From Candidatus Bathyarchaeia archaeon (GTDB taxonomy: Archaea; Thermoproteota; Bathyarchaeia; Bathyarchaeales; Bathycorpusculaceae), in assembly GCA_049516875.1 (NCBI GenBank), contig JBEKSS010000002.1, positions 199,336 to 263,335 on the forward strand: 64,000 nt of DNA, written 5' to 3'. This document shows positions 40,200 to 50,156 of this stretch, one piece after another; the stretch's first letter is position 1; each line of letters starts with the position of its first letter. Position numbers and translations under genes: made by a program. The notes under the pieces are model-generated. The model worked only from the letters and a program-made list of their open reading frames with translations. It was not told the origin of the DNA and did no database searches.

Positions 40200-40853
40200 A
40201 TGAAGTTCATAATCTTCGGCCCGCCAGGCTCAGGCAAGGGCACGTACGCCTCTCGCTTACAAGTGAAACTGGGTTTAGACGTAATCGCCACAGGAGACCT
40301 CCTGCGCGAGATCATGAAGGAAGACACTCCACTGGGCAGAAAGGTTAAGGGATTCGTCGAGAAAGGCCTGCTGGGTCCAGACGAAGTTGTAACAGAGGTT
40401 TTGAAGCAGCGGTTGGAGAAATCCGCGGGCAAGAAGGGCTTCATCCTGGACGGCTTTCCACGCACCATCGACCAGGCCAAGGCACTGGAAAAACTCGTCA
40501 GAATAGACGCTGTAATCCTGCTAACCGTGCCCGACCGAATAATCATCGAACGGCTCTCCAGCCGCAGAATATGCAAGAACTGCGGAGAAGTCTACAACCT
40601 GCGCTTCCTAAAGCCCAAAGTCGAAGGCATATGCGACAAGTGCGGCGGACAACTCTACCAGCGTTCCGACGACAAACCAGAAGTCATCAAAGACCGCATA
40701 GAAGTCTACGAGAGACAAACCCAACCCATTCTCAAATACTACAAAGAGAAAAAGACTCCGTCCGTCGAGTTCAAATGCGACAGGCTCGACATGCCGCCCG
40801 AAGTGGCAGTCGAAAGCATCCTAAAGCAACTCAAACAATCGAAGCTTGCCTAG
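40200..40853 (+). CDS. adk: Adenylate kinase (bacterial-type, zinc-LID)
   Basis: GPPGSGKGT, ATGDLLR, ILDGFPRT, CKNCG...CDKCGG LID, QRSDD. Confidence 0.95.
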   Translation: MKFIIFGPPGSGKGTYASRLQVKLGLDVIATGDLLREIMKEDTPLGRKVKGFVEKGLLGPDEVVTEVLKQRLEKSAGKKGFILDGFPRTIDQAKALEKLVRIDAVILLTVPDRIIIERLSSRRICKNCGEVYNLRFLKPKVEGICDKCGGQLYQRSDDKPEVIKDRIEVYERQTQPILKYYKEKKTPSVEFKCDRLDMPPEVAVESILKQLKQSKLA

Positions 40854-40867
40854 AGGCCTCAACGTAG

Positions 40868-40963
40868 GAATCGGACGACAACACCAAAAATCAGCCATCA
40901 AAATTGAGTCTCAAAAAAATCACGCATCGAGTACTCAAACACAAGGGCTCAGAAGCCAACATG
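40868..40963 (+). repeat. Dispersed intergenic palindromic repeat, copy B
   Basis: Matches 6817-6885 and the reverse complement of 46497-46591. Confidence 0.85.
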
Positions 40964-41053
40964 AAGCCCATCCGTTCATTGCAGCTGCAAGCTCTTCGAA
41001 GACCTGGCTGAGCAGCGTCCTCGAAGGAGGCTGCTTCTGAAAAAGAAAGAAAC

Positions 41054-42496
41054 CTAGCAGTTGCCTATCTCTTTCTTGAACGCTTCCTTTAGGTTTAATC
41101 CCCAGTCGTCTAATGCCTTCAGTTTTCCAAGGAAGAACCTGAGAACCGGCGGTTCGGACACAAACCTCAACCCTTTCACGAGATCTCTGTGCTTGTACAG
41201 CCACCTTATCCTGTCAATCGCGTACTCGATGTGCGACACCGTGTAGACCCTCCGGGGCAAGGCTATCCTCGTCAATTCAATGTCGGCGAAAACCTCTTTC
41301 CCCTCCTTGTCCCTGTCCATCGATATCGTGCCTCTCTCCATGCTCCTTATTCCAGACGAGATGTAAAGCGCCGCCGCGAGCGCGCCAGCCGGATACTGAG
41401 ACTGCGGAATGCTCGGCAGAAACCGCATCGCATCAAGATGACACGCTAATCCGCCTGGCGGAGTGACCACTGGGATCCCGGCTTTGACAAGCTTGTTCAC
41501 GAAGTACTTGATCTGCTCCACTGAGCAGCCTGCAACGTCCGGGTCCACCATCTCCCTCATTCCCACGGACATCGCACCTATTTCCCTCATCGACATGCCG
41601 CCGTAAGTGAAGAATCCCTCGTACACCGGCAACCACGGTTGTATCAGCTCGAACAGCTTCAAATTGTTAGTCGCTATGCAGCCGCCTCTCACGCACGTGT
41701 TCTTTCTCCCACTCATGTAGTAGATGTCCGCCTTGCCACACATCTCCTTAACTATCTCCGCGACCGTCTTGTTCTCGTACCCTTTCTCCCGTTGTCTTAT
41801 GAGGTAAGCGTTCTCAGAAATCAAGCTTCCATCTATGACCAGGAGAAGTCCGTTCTCCGTGCAGATCTGCTTTATCTCGTTCAGGTTTTTCATCGAGAAG
41901 GGTTGTCCACCGATGAGGTTGGTCGTCGCTTCCATCCGCACGAAGCCTATCTTGTCCTTGCCGTACTTCTTGATCACGTTCTTCAGCTTATTCGGATCCA
42001 TGTTGCCCTTAAACTGGTTCGTGCTCTCAGTCTTCAAAGCATCATCATAATAAATCTCCAAAACCTGCATGCCCTGAAGCTCAATGTGAGCCTTCGTCGT
42101 GGTGAAATGATAGTTCGTCGGAACAACTCCGCCCGGCTTAGCGAAGACTTTTGCCAGAAGGTGCTCAGCCGCCCTGCCCTGGTGAGCGTTCATGACGTAC
42201 TTGTACCCCAACACGTCCTCCACCGCCTTCGCGAACTCGTAGAACGTCATGCTTCCAGCGTAAGCATCATCCACCCTCATCATGCCGGCGAACTGGTTGT
42301 CGCTCATCGCGTTCACGCCGCTGTCGGTGAGCATGTCGAGGAATATGTCCTTCGTCTTGAGCAGAAAAGTGTTGTAACCCGCTTCCTCTATGGCTCTAAG
42401 CCGCTCGTCAACTGGGACCAGCTGGATCTTCTGCACCATTCTTGCCTTGTGCATCTCTATCGGAATTTCTTCACCCGTGGACAGTTTTATAGACAT
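41054..42496 (-). CDS. Beta-eliminating lyase (tryptophanase/tyrosine phenol-lyase family)
   Basis: GYNTFLL, DMLTDSG, HQGRAAE, GGQPFS, PLP-Lys in MSGRKN, RIALPRRVYT. Confidence 0.92.
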   Translation of the reverse strand: MSIKLSTGEEIPIEMHKARMVQKIQLVPVDERLRAIEEAGYNTFLLKTKDIFLDMLTDSGVNAMSDNQFAGMMRVDDAYAGSMTFYEFAKAVEDVLGYKYVMNAHQGRAAEHLLAKVFAKPGGVVPTNYHFTTTKAHIELQGMQVLEIYYDDALKTESTNQFKGNMDPNKLKNVIKKYGKDKIGFVRMEATTNLIGGQPFSMKNLNEIKQICTENGLLLVIDGSLISENAYLIRQREKGYENKTVAEIVKEMCGKADIYYMSGRKNTCVRGGCIATNNLKLFELIQPWLPVYEGFFTYGGMSMREIGAMSVGMREMVDPDVAGCSVEQIKYFVNKLVKAGIPVVTPPGGLACHLDAMRFLPSIPQSQYPAGALAAALYISSGIRSMERGTISMDRDKEGKEVFADIELTRIALPRRVYTVSHIEYAIDRIRWLYKHRDLVKGLRFVSEPPVLRFFLGKLKALDDWGLNLKEAFKKEIGNC

Positions 42497-42634
42497 AACA
42501 CAAACCTCGCAAGGTTGCTCATATCTTATGCACGTTTTATAATCCTTTCGGTCTTGTATTCCCCATCTGCCTTAGCGGTTTTCCAACCAAAACCTATATG
42601 TTAAAGCCTAGGACTGTGACAATCTTCAACAGAC

Positions 42635-44527
42635 TTGGAGAGAAATTCTTTGCCCGATTTGAAAGTGTTGCTGCAAGACGCTCCGGGAAAACGGGTGCTG
42701 TTGCTCGGCAACGAAGCGATTGCGCGAGGGATTCTTGAAGCTGGAGTGAGTGTGGTCACGACCTATCCGGGCACGCCCGCGTCTGAGATAGGCGACTCCG
42801 TGTCAGAGATTGCTCCTGCAGCCGGTTTGTACATGGAGTACTCGGTCAACGAGATGGTCGCCGTTGAGGTTGCGGCCGGCGCCGCGAACTGTGGAGTAAG
42901 AGCTCTCACGGCTATGAAGCATGTTGGACTCAACGTGGCCGCCGACTTAGTCATGACCTTGGCTTACACGGGTGTGAGGGGAGGCTACGTAATCGTCACA
43001 GCAGACGACCCGGAATGTTACAGCTCACAGAACGAGCAGGACAACCGCTTCTATGCTCTGCTCTCGAACCTGCCGTGTCTGGAGCCTTCCGATCCAGAAG
43101 AAGCGAAGGAAATGACGGTCTATGCGGTCGAGATGTCGGAGAAGCTCGAGTTGCCAGTACTGTTGAGAACCACAACTCGCGTGAGCCACACTCGCGGACC
43201 CGTTGCATACGGAAACCTGACGAAACCAAACCTGAAGGGCAATTTTGTTAGAGACGTGAAACGCTTGGTCATGGTACCAGCCAACTCCAGACCCAAGCAC
43301 GAAGTTCTTCTGAGACAGGCGGCAAAAGCCAAGGAAATCAGTGAAAAGTCGCCCTACAACAAAGTCTTGCGAAAAGGCGGAGAAATCGGCATAATCTCCT
43401 CAGGCTCAGCCTACAACTCTGCAGTTGAAGCGACCACTCTGCTCGACCTGGACGCGGGCATTCTCAAGCTCGGCATGACCCATCCTCTTCCAGAAAAGAA
43501 GATTGCAGAGTTCCTGAAAACTTACAAGAGAACAGTTGTCGTGGAAGAGCTTGAACCCTATCTGGAGATGCAGATCAAAGCGATAGCCAAAGACCACGCC
43601 CCGAACACTGAAATGTACGGAAAGACGAACGGGCAATTCTTCCCGATGGAAGGAGAGCTCACAACACGGCTAGTTGCACATGGCCTGTCCAAGATAACTG
43701 GCAAAAAGCTCCGGATAGATTTCAAGAAAATCGAGGAAAAATACGCGACCGTCGCCGCGGATTTGCCGTCGAGACCTCCGATACTCTGCGCTGGTTGCCC
43801 GCACAGAGCATCCTTCTTCGTCATAAAGAAGGTCGCAGGAGACAAGGCGGTATATGCAGATGACATAGGCTGCTACGCTCTGGGAATCGCTCCGCCCTTC
43901 GGCATTGGAGACATCATGATTTGCATGGGAGCAAGCGTCGGCGCTGCCCAAGGAATCAGTAAAGTGACGGGCAGAGACACGGTTGCTACGATCGGTGATT
44001 CAACGTTTTTTCACGCGGGGATTCCTGGACTGGTGAACGCTGTTTACAACAACAGCAGGATTGTTGTGGCCGTGTTGGACAATCTTGCCACGGCTATGAC
44101 TGGGCATCAGCCGCATCCTGGGACAGGCGTGACCGGCATGCATAGTCCGGCGGAGAGAATTCTTATTGAAAAGATAGCGGAGGGATGTGGCGTCAAGTAC
44201 GTCAGAGTCGTGAACCCTTTCAGGACGAGGGAGGCCGCGGCGGTGTTGAAGGAGGCGTTGCAGCAGTCGGGTCCTTCGGTTGTGGTTTTCCGTGCTCCGT
44301 GCACGTTAGTGGACGCCCGTGAGAAGAGACGCAGGGGGATCGAGGTCGTACCGACGAGAATCACAGAGAAGTGTACAAACTGTATGGCCTGCATCAGCCT
44401 GTTAGGCTGTCCAGCCATTGTGGCTGAGGGGGGAAAGGTGAGGATCGATGAGAACTCTTGCGCTGCCTGCGGACTCTGCATCTCTGTCTGTCCTTATGAC
44501 GTGATAGAGGGGAGTTGTGCGGAATGA
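42635..44527 (+). CDS. iorA: Indolepyruvate:ferredoxin oxidoreductase alpha subunit
   Basis: LGNEAIARG, YPGTPASE, MKHVGLNVA, SSQNEQD, RPPILCAGCPHR, IGDSTFFH, TAMTGHQ, C-terminal 2x4Fe-4S. Confidence 0.96.
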   Translation: MERNSLPDLKVLLQDAPGKRVLLLGNEAIARGILEAGVSVVTTYPGTPASEIGDSVSEIAPAAGLYMEYSVNEMVAVEVAAGAANCGVRALTAMKHVGLNVAADLVMTLAYTGVRGGYVIVTADDPECYSSQNEQDNRFYALLSNLPCLEPSDPEEAKEMTVYAVEMSEKLELPVLLRTTTRVSHTRGPVAYGNLTKPNLKGNFVRDVKRLVMVPANSRPKHEVLLRQAAKAKEISEKSPYNKVLRKGGEIGIISSGSAYNSAVEATTLLDLDAGILKLGMTHPLPEKKIAEFLKTYKRTVVVEELEPYLEMQIKAIAKDHAPNTEMYGKTNGQFFPMEGELTTRLVAHGLSKITGKKLRIDFKKIEEKYATVAADLPSRPPILCAGCPHRASFFVIKKVAGDKAVYADDIGCYALGIAPPFGIGDIMICMGASVGAAQGISKVTGRDTVATIGDSTFFHAGIPGLVNAVYNNSRIVVAVLDNLATAMTGHQPHPGTGVTGMHSPAERILIEKIAEGCGVKYVRVVNPFRTREAAAVLKEALQQSGPSVVVFRAPCTLVDAREKRRRGIEVVPTRITEKCTNCMACISLLGCPAIVAEGGKVRIDENSCAACGLCISVCPYDVIEGSCAE

Positions 44528-45135
44528 AGGAGGAGTTCAACATCGTTCTGGCCGGTGTTGGCGGGCAGGGTACGCTGTTGGCCGCGGAGGTTATAGGGGC
44601 GGCTGCAGTCAAGGACGGGTTGAATGTTCGCGTGAGCGAAATTCACGGTATGGCTCAGCGCGGCGGAGTCGTGGTTTCAAACGTGAGGATAGGTGAGGGT
44701 GTCCTCGCGTCCACCGTGCTCGACGGTCAAGCGAACGTGCTTCTGGGGTTTGAGCCCTTGGAAACCCTGCGGAACTTGAGGAGTGCCTCGGAAAAAACGC
44801 TTGTCATAATGAATGCTGACCGAATCCCTCCGACAGAACTCGCGGCCAACAACGTGAAGTATCCGAGCCTTGAGGAGGTTCTGGCGAAGATTCATCTCTT
44901 CACGAGGAAGGTGGTCGTCGTGGAGGCGGCTGAACTGGCGATGAAGGCTGGAAGCAGGTTGGCGCAGAACAGCGTTCTCTTGGGGGCTTTGGCTGCTGTT
45001 GAAGAGTTTCCGGTGAAGGCTGACAGTCTGGTTGAGGCTTTGCGGGAGCTCGTTCCGAAGAAGCATGTGGAGGTGAACGTTAAGGCGTTCGAGCTTGGAC
45101 GCGAGAGTGCGAGAAAGGAAGGGAACCGGGTTTAG
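44524..45135 (+). CDS. iorB: Indolepyruvate:ferredoxin oxidoreductase beta subunit
   Basis: AGVGGQG, SEIHGMAQRGG, FEPLE, NVKAFELG. Confidence 0.95.
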   Translation: MKEEFNIVLAGVGGQGTLLAAEVIGAAAVKDGLNVRVSEIHGMAQRGGVVVSNVRIGEGVLASTVLDGQANVLLGFEPLETLRNLRSASEKTLVIMNADRIPPTELAANNVKYPSLEEVLAKIHLFTRKVVVVEAAELAMKAGSRLAQNSVLLGALAAVEEFPVKADSLVEALRELVPKKHVEVNVKAFELGRESARKEGNRV

Positions 45136-45497
45136 CTGTCCTTGGCTTTTTGGTGTGTCTGGTCTGCCTCTTCGCAGTCTAGGATGGCTTTGAGTATGCC
45201 TTGGAAGAGTTTCATGTCGGAGACGTTCACGACTGGTATCTGGAAGCTTTTGTCGATTTCGTAGAGTTTCTCGTATTTTGGGAATTTGACGTAGCAGACT
45301 TGGCTTATGGGAAACTCTTTGTTTTTCAGTTCGTGCTCGAAGGATTTCTCGTACACTTCCAAGCAGAGCATGTAGCCGTTTATCCAGTAGAGTCTGCTGA
45401 CGCCGTAGGTTGCTGCGCACCAGGTGATGTTGTCGACTGAGCGGTTGTCTAGGCCTAGGACGGTGGTTTTGTTTGTTGGGGTTACTTGGACGTCCAT
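45132..45497 (-). CDS. Hypothetical protein
   Basis: Co-oriented immediately downstream of the ERCC4 nuclease gene; protein-like composition. Confidence 0.65.
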   Translation of the reverse strand: MDVQVTPTNKTTVLGLDNRSVDNITWCAATYGVSRLYWINGYMLCLEVYEKSFEHELKNKEFPISQVCYVKFPKYEKLYEIDKSFQIPVVNVSDMKLFQGILKAILDCEEADQTHQKAKDS

Positions 45498-45503
45498 GCT
45501 TGT

Positions 45504-46223
45504 TCACTGTGTGAAGGGTGTGTTGAGGACGCCTTTAACTTTGCCGCTTATTTTCGGTCCGAGTCCATGGACGGTGTCGGGCCAGTCGTCGACGTTTATC
45601 AGGGCGTTGAGCGGCGTTTGGTAGGATTTGAGTATGGCTAGGGCTTTTTCTCTGCCGACGTTGGGTAGGCTGGCGATGAGGTAGATTTGGGCGTCGGCGG
45701 TTGTGTCGACTCTTTTGAAGGGGTGAACTGTTGGTGCTCGTTTTTCGATTATCTGTTCTTGGCGTGCGGCCACGTAGAGGAAGTCGATGGTTTCTTTGTA
45801 GGATGCGGTGTTTATTATTGCGATTCCGTTTCTTGCTAGGTTGAACATTGCTCCCCAGACTGATGAGGGTTGGATTCGGCTGTACTTGTAGATTATGGGC
45901 AGGTATCCTTCTAGGAGGATGAGGGATTTTGGGTAGACCTCCTTCAGTTTGAACAGCTGCTCGAAGAGGAAGCGACGGGTGAGGGTGTAGACGAAGTCGT
46001 GGACGGTTTTTCTTTCAACGGCGCATTGGTCTGACAGGACGTAGTCTCCTTTTTCCAGGGTTTCTGTTTTGATGTTTGCTCCGCGTTCTCTTAGTCCTTT
46101 GACGATTTTTGCAGCCGTGTTGGCTTCGCGGCTGTCCACGATGATGGTTGGCTGCTGTTGTTCAGTGTCCTTTTTTTCTTTGAGGTAAGGAAGCAGGGTT
46201 TCAGTTCCAGACATCTCATCCAC
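45504..46223 (-). CDS. ERCC4/XPF-family structure-specific nuclease (short form with HhH)
   Basis: IIVDSRE, GDYVL, VERKTVHDF (GDxnERKxxxD), LLEG, LPNVG/VHGLG HhH. Confidence 0.92.
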   Translation of the reverse strand: MDEMSGTETLLPYLKEKKDTEQQQPTIIVDSREANTAAKIVKGLRERGANIKTETLEKGDYVLSDQCAVERKTVHDFVYTLTRRFLFEQLFKLKEVYPKSLILLEGYLPIIYKYSRIQPSSVWGAMFNLARNGIAIINTASYKETIDFLYVAARQEQIIEKRAPTVHPFKRVDTTADAQIYLIASLPNVGREKALAILKSYQTPLNALINVDDWPDTVHGLGPKISGKVKGVLNTPFTQ

Positions 46224-46347
46224 TCCAGTAGCGTATCTTCCCTTCTGGCACTTATCCTTATTTGCGATTGTGAAGGGTGGAAGTGTGTGGGTTTGAGCTG
46301 GAAAATGGTTTCTGGGAAGCTTGCAGGTGCGGTGAGCAGGCAGTTTT

Positions 46348-46591
46348 CATGTTGAGCTTTGAGGTCTTGTGTTTGAGTACTCAATTCGTGATTTCTTTGA
46401 GTGTCAAAACGTTGTTGAAGCATGTTGGTTTGAAGCTTTTTTTACTCAATTCTGCGAGGCTTTTAAGCGTCAAAAGTTTCGGCATGCTGAGTTTCTCATG
46501 TTAGAGTCGGAGGCCTTGTGTTTGAGTACTCAATCCGCGATTTCTTTGAGCCTCAATACCATGGCTGATTTTTGGTGTTGTCGTTTGATTC
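46348..46591 (-). repeat. Tandem cluster of the dispersed palindromic repeat (copies ~46348-46409, degenerate ~46421-46475, 46497-46591)
   Basis: CTTGTGTTTGAGTACTCAAT.CG.GATTTCTTTGAG occurs twice; reverse complement of the copies at 6.8 and 40.9 kb. Confidence 0.85.
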
Positions 46592-46880
46592 TGTGTTGCG
46601 GCCATCAATGGACGGTGGATTCGTCGTTTTACTCGCTTTTGATTCGTTCTTGTGTCGTTTGTGTCTGTAAGTGGTTGCGGGCGGAGGACGTTTAGATAAG
46701 TGGCTGTTCGCTGTTGGGGGAAAATTCAGGGTGTTGCTGTTTTAGTTCATGTTTTTCGGACTACGATGATGTTGCTCTCTTCGGGAGCGTTATGAAGAAG
46801 AATGCCGCTTGGAGTCTGGCAGCGTAGGGAGGATGGTTTTACGCTCCTGAGAGAGCAGAATGCAATTGAGTTTTCCGAGT

Positions 46881-46973
46881 TATACTCTTTATGAAATGCA
46901 GATATTTCGAACTCGGATTCAGAATAGTCTTTACAGTCGAAGGAGGGGAACGTTGTCGGGTTGCTGATTTGGA
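46881..46973. promoter_or_regulatory. Duplicated 93-bp regulatory module, copy 1 (contains motif CTCGGATTCAGAAT at 46912-46925)
   Basis: Ungapped, 70/93 identical to 47862-47954 by manual count. Confidence 0.65.
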
Positions 46974-47553
46974 AAGGCGAGGGTTCACGTTTGATGAAAT
47001 GCCATCCCGAGAACATCGTGTAAAACAGAGAGTGAGTTTCCGCTTGGTTTAGTCTGGCACGTGAGTTCAAAGTCGCGGAGCGCGCTTTTGCGGTTCTGTG
47101 ATATCATGAAAGGGTACTGCTGCTAACTATCCGTGGTTTTCAGTGAAGAGTTGGCCTCCGCGTTCATTTTTTAGATGTTTATTGTCATGAGTGGGCAGGC
47201 TATCACTGGAACGATTCGGTCCAGTGTTACCATGCGGCGAGACTCTGGTTCACTAGGTTCTTGCAGAAACAAACATGTCCTCGAGCACGCGCTCAGTTGA
47301 CCCTGTGCGAGTCGTGATTGTCTATGGGACGCTTAACGCCAAGACTGGTTTGGTTTGCAGTTTTGTTGCTGAAAGATCATGATCAGAGAAGCTGACCGTT
47401 CGAGAGCGCCGTGTTCAAAGAGTTCATGCACGGGGTAGTCAAATAGTTCTACGTTGGCTATTATTGACCTAATGCGAAAAGCTGTGTAGGGGCAAAAAGC
47501 CGTGGAGCACGCGCTATGGCTGTCATTGGGAAAAAGCGCGCACAGCAAAGAAG

Positions 47554-47691
47554 TCAAACGGATACGCGCGCCTGTCTCGCAATTATTCTGTTTACGAGCA
47601 GATAGATCCTGCAAGCTTTGCGTTTTTCGTATTCTGTTTGGTCGCAGCGATTGCATATTATCCGGTTTAGTTCTCTAATATCCGAACTCAT
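47554..47691 (-). CDS. Cys-containing microprotein (45 aa)
   Basis: MSSDIRELNRIICNRCDQTEYEKRKACRIYLLVNRII...; GGAG upstream. Confidence 0.45.
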   Translation of the reverse strand: MSSDIRELNRIICNRCDQTEYEKRKACRIYLLVNRIIARQARVSV

Positions 47692-47861
47692 TCGTACTGT
47701 CTCTCCATTTGCTGATAGTCGGCGCGCGGGGGAATGGCACGCGCCCTCCATAATTGATGCTCTTTCGGGGAGCGTGGCGACCGAGAATGGCCGCAGGTGT
47801 GATAGCCTCTTTTTGATTATGCGTTCCCTTCAAGAGCATGAGCTGGTTGGATATAGCAGGC

Positions 47862-47954
47862 TATATCGTTTATGAAACGGTGATGTTTCAACCTCAGATT
47901 CAGAACAGTCTCTACAGTCGGAGGACGGAAGTACTGTCTGTTTCTTGATTTGGA
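47862..47954. promoter_or_regulatory. Duplicated 93-bp regulatory module, copy 2 (motif at 47893-47906)
   Basis: See copy 1; its left end overlaps palindrome GATATAGC-AG-GCTATATC at 47850-47867. Confidence 0.65.
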
Positions 47955-48043
47955 GTGCGCGTCGATGGTTGGCTTTCGTTTCTTGCAGGCAATGTTGACG
48001 AGGACTGGATGGAGCTCGAGGAGGATGATCAGGTTCTCGAGTG

Positions 48044-48075
48044 CTCAGATTCGGAATGCGTGATAATTGTTATAT
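48044..48075 (+). promoter_or_regulatory. Motif CTCAGATTCGGAAT followed 12 bp later by TTATAT box
   Basis: Upstream of 48152-48541; same spacing as 50459-50491. Confidence 0.6.
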
Positions 48076-48151
48076 CGTGCGACGTAATATTCTCAGGTTG
48101 GACATATGTCTCTCAAGAGACGTATGGTATTGAGGTGCAACAGAAGAACTG

Positions 48152-48541
48152 TTGAACAAAAAAGGTGGCGTGCGAATGTTAGAATTCATGGTGTGGGGTT
48201 TCTGGTTTGTTTTTGGAGGGTACGTGTTCTGGTTCATTTTCAAGGCTGGAACGATCCAGCCACTGGGCTCAGACGAGCTTGCTTTAATGTGGAAACTGCA
48301 CAGACGAGAGAGTGGGTGCGGCGCACCAATCATCAATGAGCTACTCATCAAGAACAGCGAACTGGTCGGGTTCAAGTGCGCGTGCGGTCACGTGTTTCTT
48401 CAGAGACGTTTGATAACCCAGAGGATCTACACGTGTGCCAATTCTTTACTGCCAAAGGCTTCGAATACTGTGCGCTTATCAGAAGTAGATGAGCAACTGA
48501 GGGATCAGGGGTTGCGGTATTCGCGCATAAAAGAGATGTAG
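48152..48541 (+). CDS. Hypothetical membrane-anchored protein with Cys/His cluster (start probably MLEF)
   Basis: N-terminal TM; WKLH..GC...GFKCACG. Confidence 0.7.
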   Translation: MNKKGGVRMLEFMVWGFWFVFGGYVFWFIFKAGTIQPLGSDELALMWKLHRRESGCGAPIINELLIKNSELVGFKCACGHVFLQRRLITQRIYTCANSLLPKASNTVRLSEVDEQLRDQGLRYSRIKEM

Positions 48542-48921
48542 AAGCGCGCGGGACAGTGAGGAACGATAGAATGAAGCAGAAAAAGAGCGCGCTAATCTCA
48601 ACGGCGATATTGGATCATAGTTGGGAGAAGCAGTTCGTAAGACGTCATCTTGTTCTTCAAGGCAACCCTCCCTATGTTACCTCCGTTAAAACAGTAAAGA
48701 TTGAAAAGAAACTTCTGCCGAAGCAACCGTGAGCGCTCACCTGCGATGGGTACATAGCGGTCATGCACCCTCTGAAAACGAAGGACTAAAGAAACGGGGG
48801 CATAGCAACGATAGAAGTGGTGGATCTAAAGGTGCACGGTCAGGGCATGTTTTGCTATTGATGGCGGATCTGTTTAGCGCGGGCGATGACGCATTTTAAC
48901 AAGTTTTTTGGTTTTTTCGGC

Positions 48922-49395
48922 TTACTGTCGTCCAAAGAGAGGTTTCCGTTTAGTATTGTTATCTCGTCCAAAGAGAGGTTTCTGTGTGTTATCATGATCA
49001 AATTCCATCCAATTGCTGACATGTTCAGCAGTCTTCTTGTTCAGATGCTTTCTGATTGTCTCCAGTAACTTCTGTACGTCGAAAGGTTTCAAAACATATC
49101 CATCGGCACCCTCGTTAACAGTCTTCATAGCATTCTCCAGGGTCGGAAAGCCCGTGATGATTATCTTGACCATATGGGGCTGCTTTTCCTCGAGCCTGTG
49201 GAGGAGCTCAGTTCCCTCCATATCAGGCAACTTAATGTCGATCAGGGCTACGTCAAAATGCGATTTTTCGGAAGCTCTGATCGCCTGCTTGCCGTTTTCT
49301 ACAGTTTCAACCGAGTATCCCTCCTCGGATAGGATTGAAGAAAGGGTCTTTCTCGCCTCAGTTTCGTCGTCAACAACCAAGATGTTTTCATTCAA
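48922..49395 (-). CDS. Response regulator (stand-alone REC)
   Basis: ILVVDD, DVALIDIKLPDMEG, IIITG, YVLKPF. Confidence 0.93.
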   Translation of the reverse strand: MNENILVVDDETEARKTLSSILSEEGYSVETVENGKQAIRASEKSHFDVALIDIKLPDMEGTELLHRLEEKQPHMVKIIITGFPTLENAMKTVNEGADGYVLKPFDVQKLLETIRKHLNKKTAEHVSNWMEFDHDNTQKPLFGRDNNTKRKPLFGRQ

Positions 49396-49946
49396 TCACT
49401 GCACTTCAGCTTTCTCATCCGTTGCGACCGCAGACGCTACATTTTGACATGGGCGAGATAAGTCTCTTATGAAGCACGAATGCGAGTTACTTATCAAGTT
49501 TACTCGGAGACAGAATCCGAAACTGCGTGCCCAGTCACAAAGAGTCTTGCGATTGGTTGCCAGAGATTAAGAGCATTTGTTTTTGATTTTTGATGTTGAA
49601 GAGAACTCTCTCTGTTGACCTGTCACATAGATTCTCTGTGCGTTTTTTTGGACGTAGCGCGTTGTCGCGAGAAATCCGTGCCTACGCGTTGAGGCGTCGA
49701 CGGACAATTGGCTTACCTCAAAACGTCTGCTGAATGGACTCTTGTCGCAAGGCTAAATGCACCAAAGAGCGTATGAGCATTTTCAACCTTGACGCGCGCC
49801 TGTTCATCCTGCCAAGGCAGCCTGAGGGCGAGATTTGGCCGCTGATGGGTTCTGATTCAGATTATGAACATAAATTATATCAGCACAAAGAATAACAGAC
49901 TAATATATTAAGATATAATACAGGTCTTCGTTGGGCCTGTGACAAA

Positions 49947-50156
49947 ATGAGAACCATCAGACTTTCGAATGAGACATTCGAATTCCTTGCGTGGTTAGTC
50001 CGGCAAGATGTGACCTTGCCCTCGGTTATTACTGACTATCTTAAGTGGGATACGTATTCGAAGGAGCAAATCAAGGCTCATTTTCTGGCCTTACACGACG
50101 CGTGTATTGAGTCACGCGAAGCCAGGTCAAAACGAACAGAGAAACATTTGACCTAG
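49947..50156 (+). CDS. Small hypothetical protein (RHH/antitoxin-like N-terminus)
   Basis: MRTIRLSNETFEFL; AT-rich TATA region at 49901-49920. Confidence 0.55.
   Translation: MRTIRLSNETFEFLAWLVRQDVTLPSVITDYLKWDTYSKEQIKAHFLALHDACIESREARSKRTEKHLT

Noticed and set aside
41639-42604. 321-aa ORF on the + strand, and other long antisense ORFs such as 44677-45507 and 9211-9837
   Set aside because: They are shadows of well-supported genes on the opposite strand.
46348-46591. Tandem repeats as a possible CRISPR array
   Set aside because: Units are 55-95 bp, degenerate and irregularly spaced, with no unique equal-length spacers and no cas genes; the same unit occurs singly elsewhere.
46747-47070. 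107-aa ORF, and other ORFs containing SESEF-like peptides (53689-53895, 56692-56928, 60570-60782)
   Set aside because: The shared peptide is just the translated 15-bp DNA motif; frames and flanks are not conserved.
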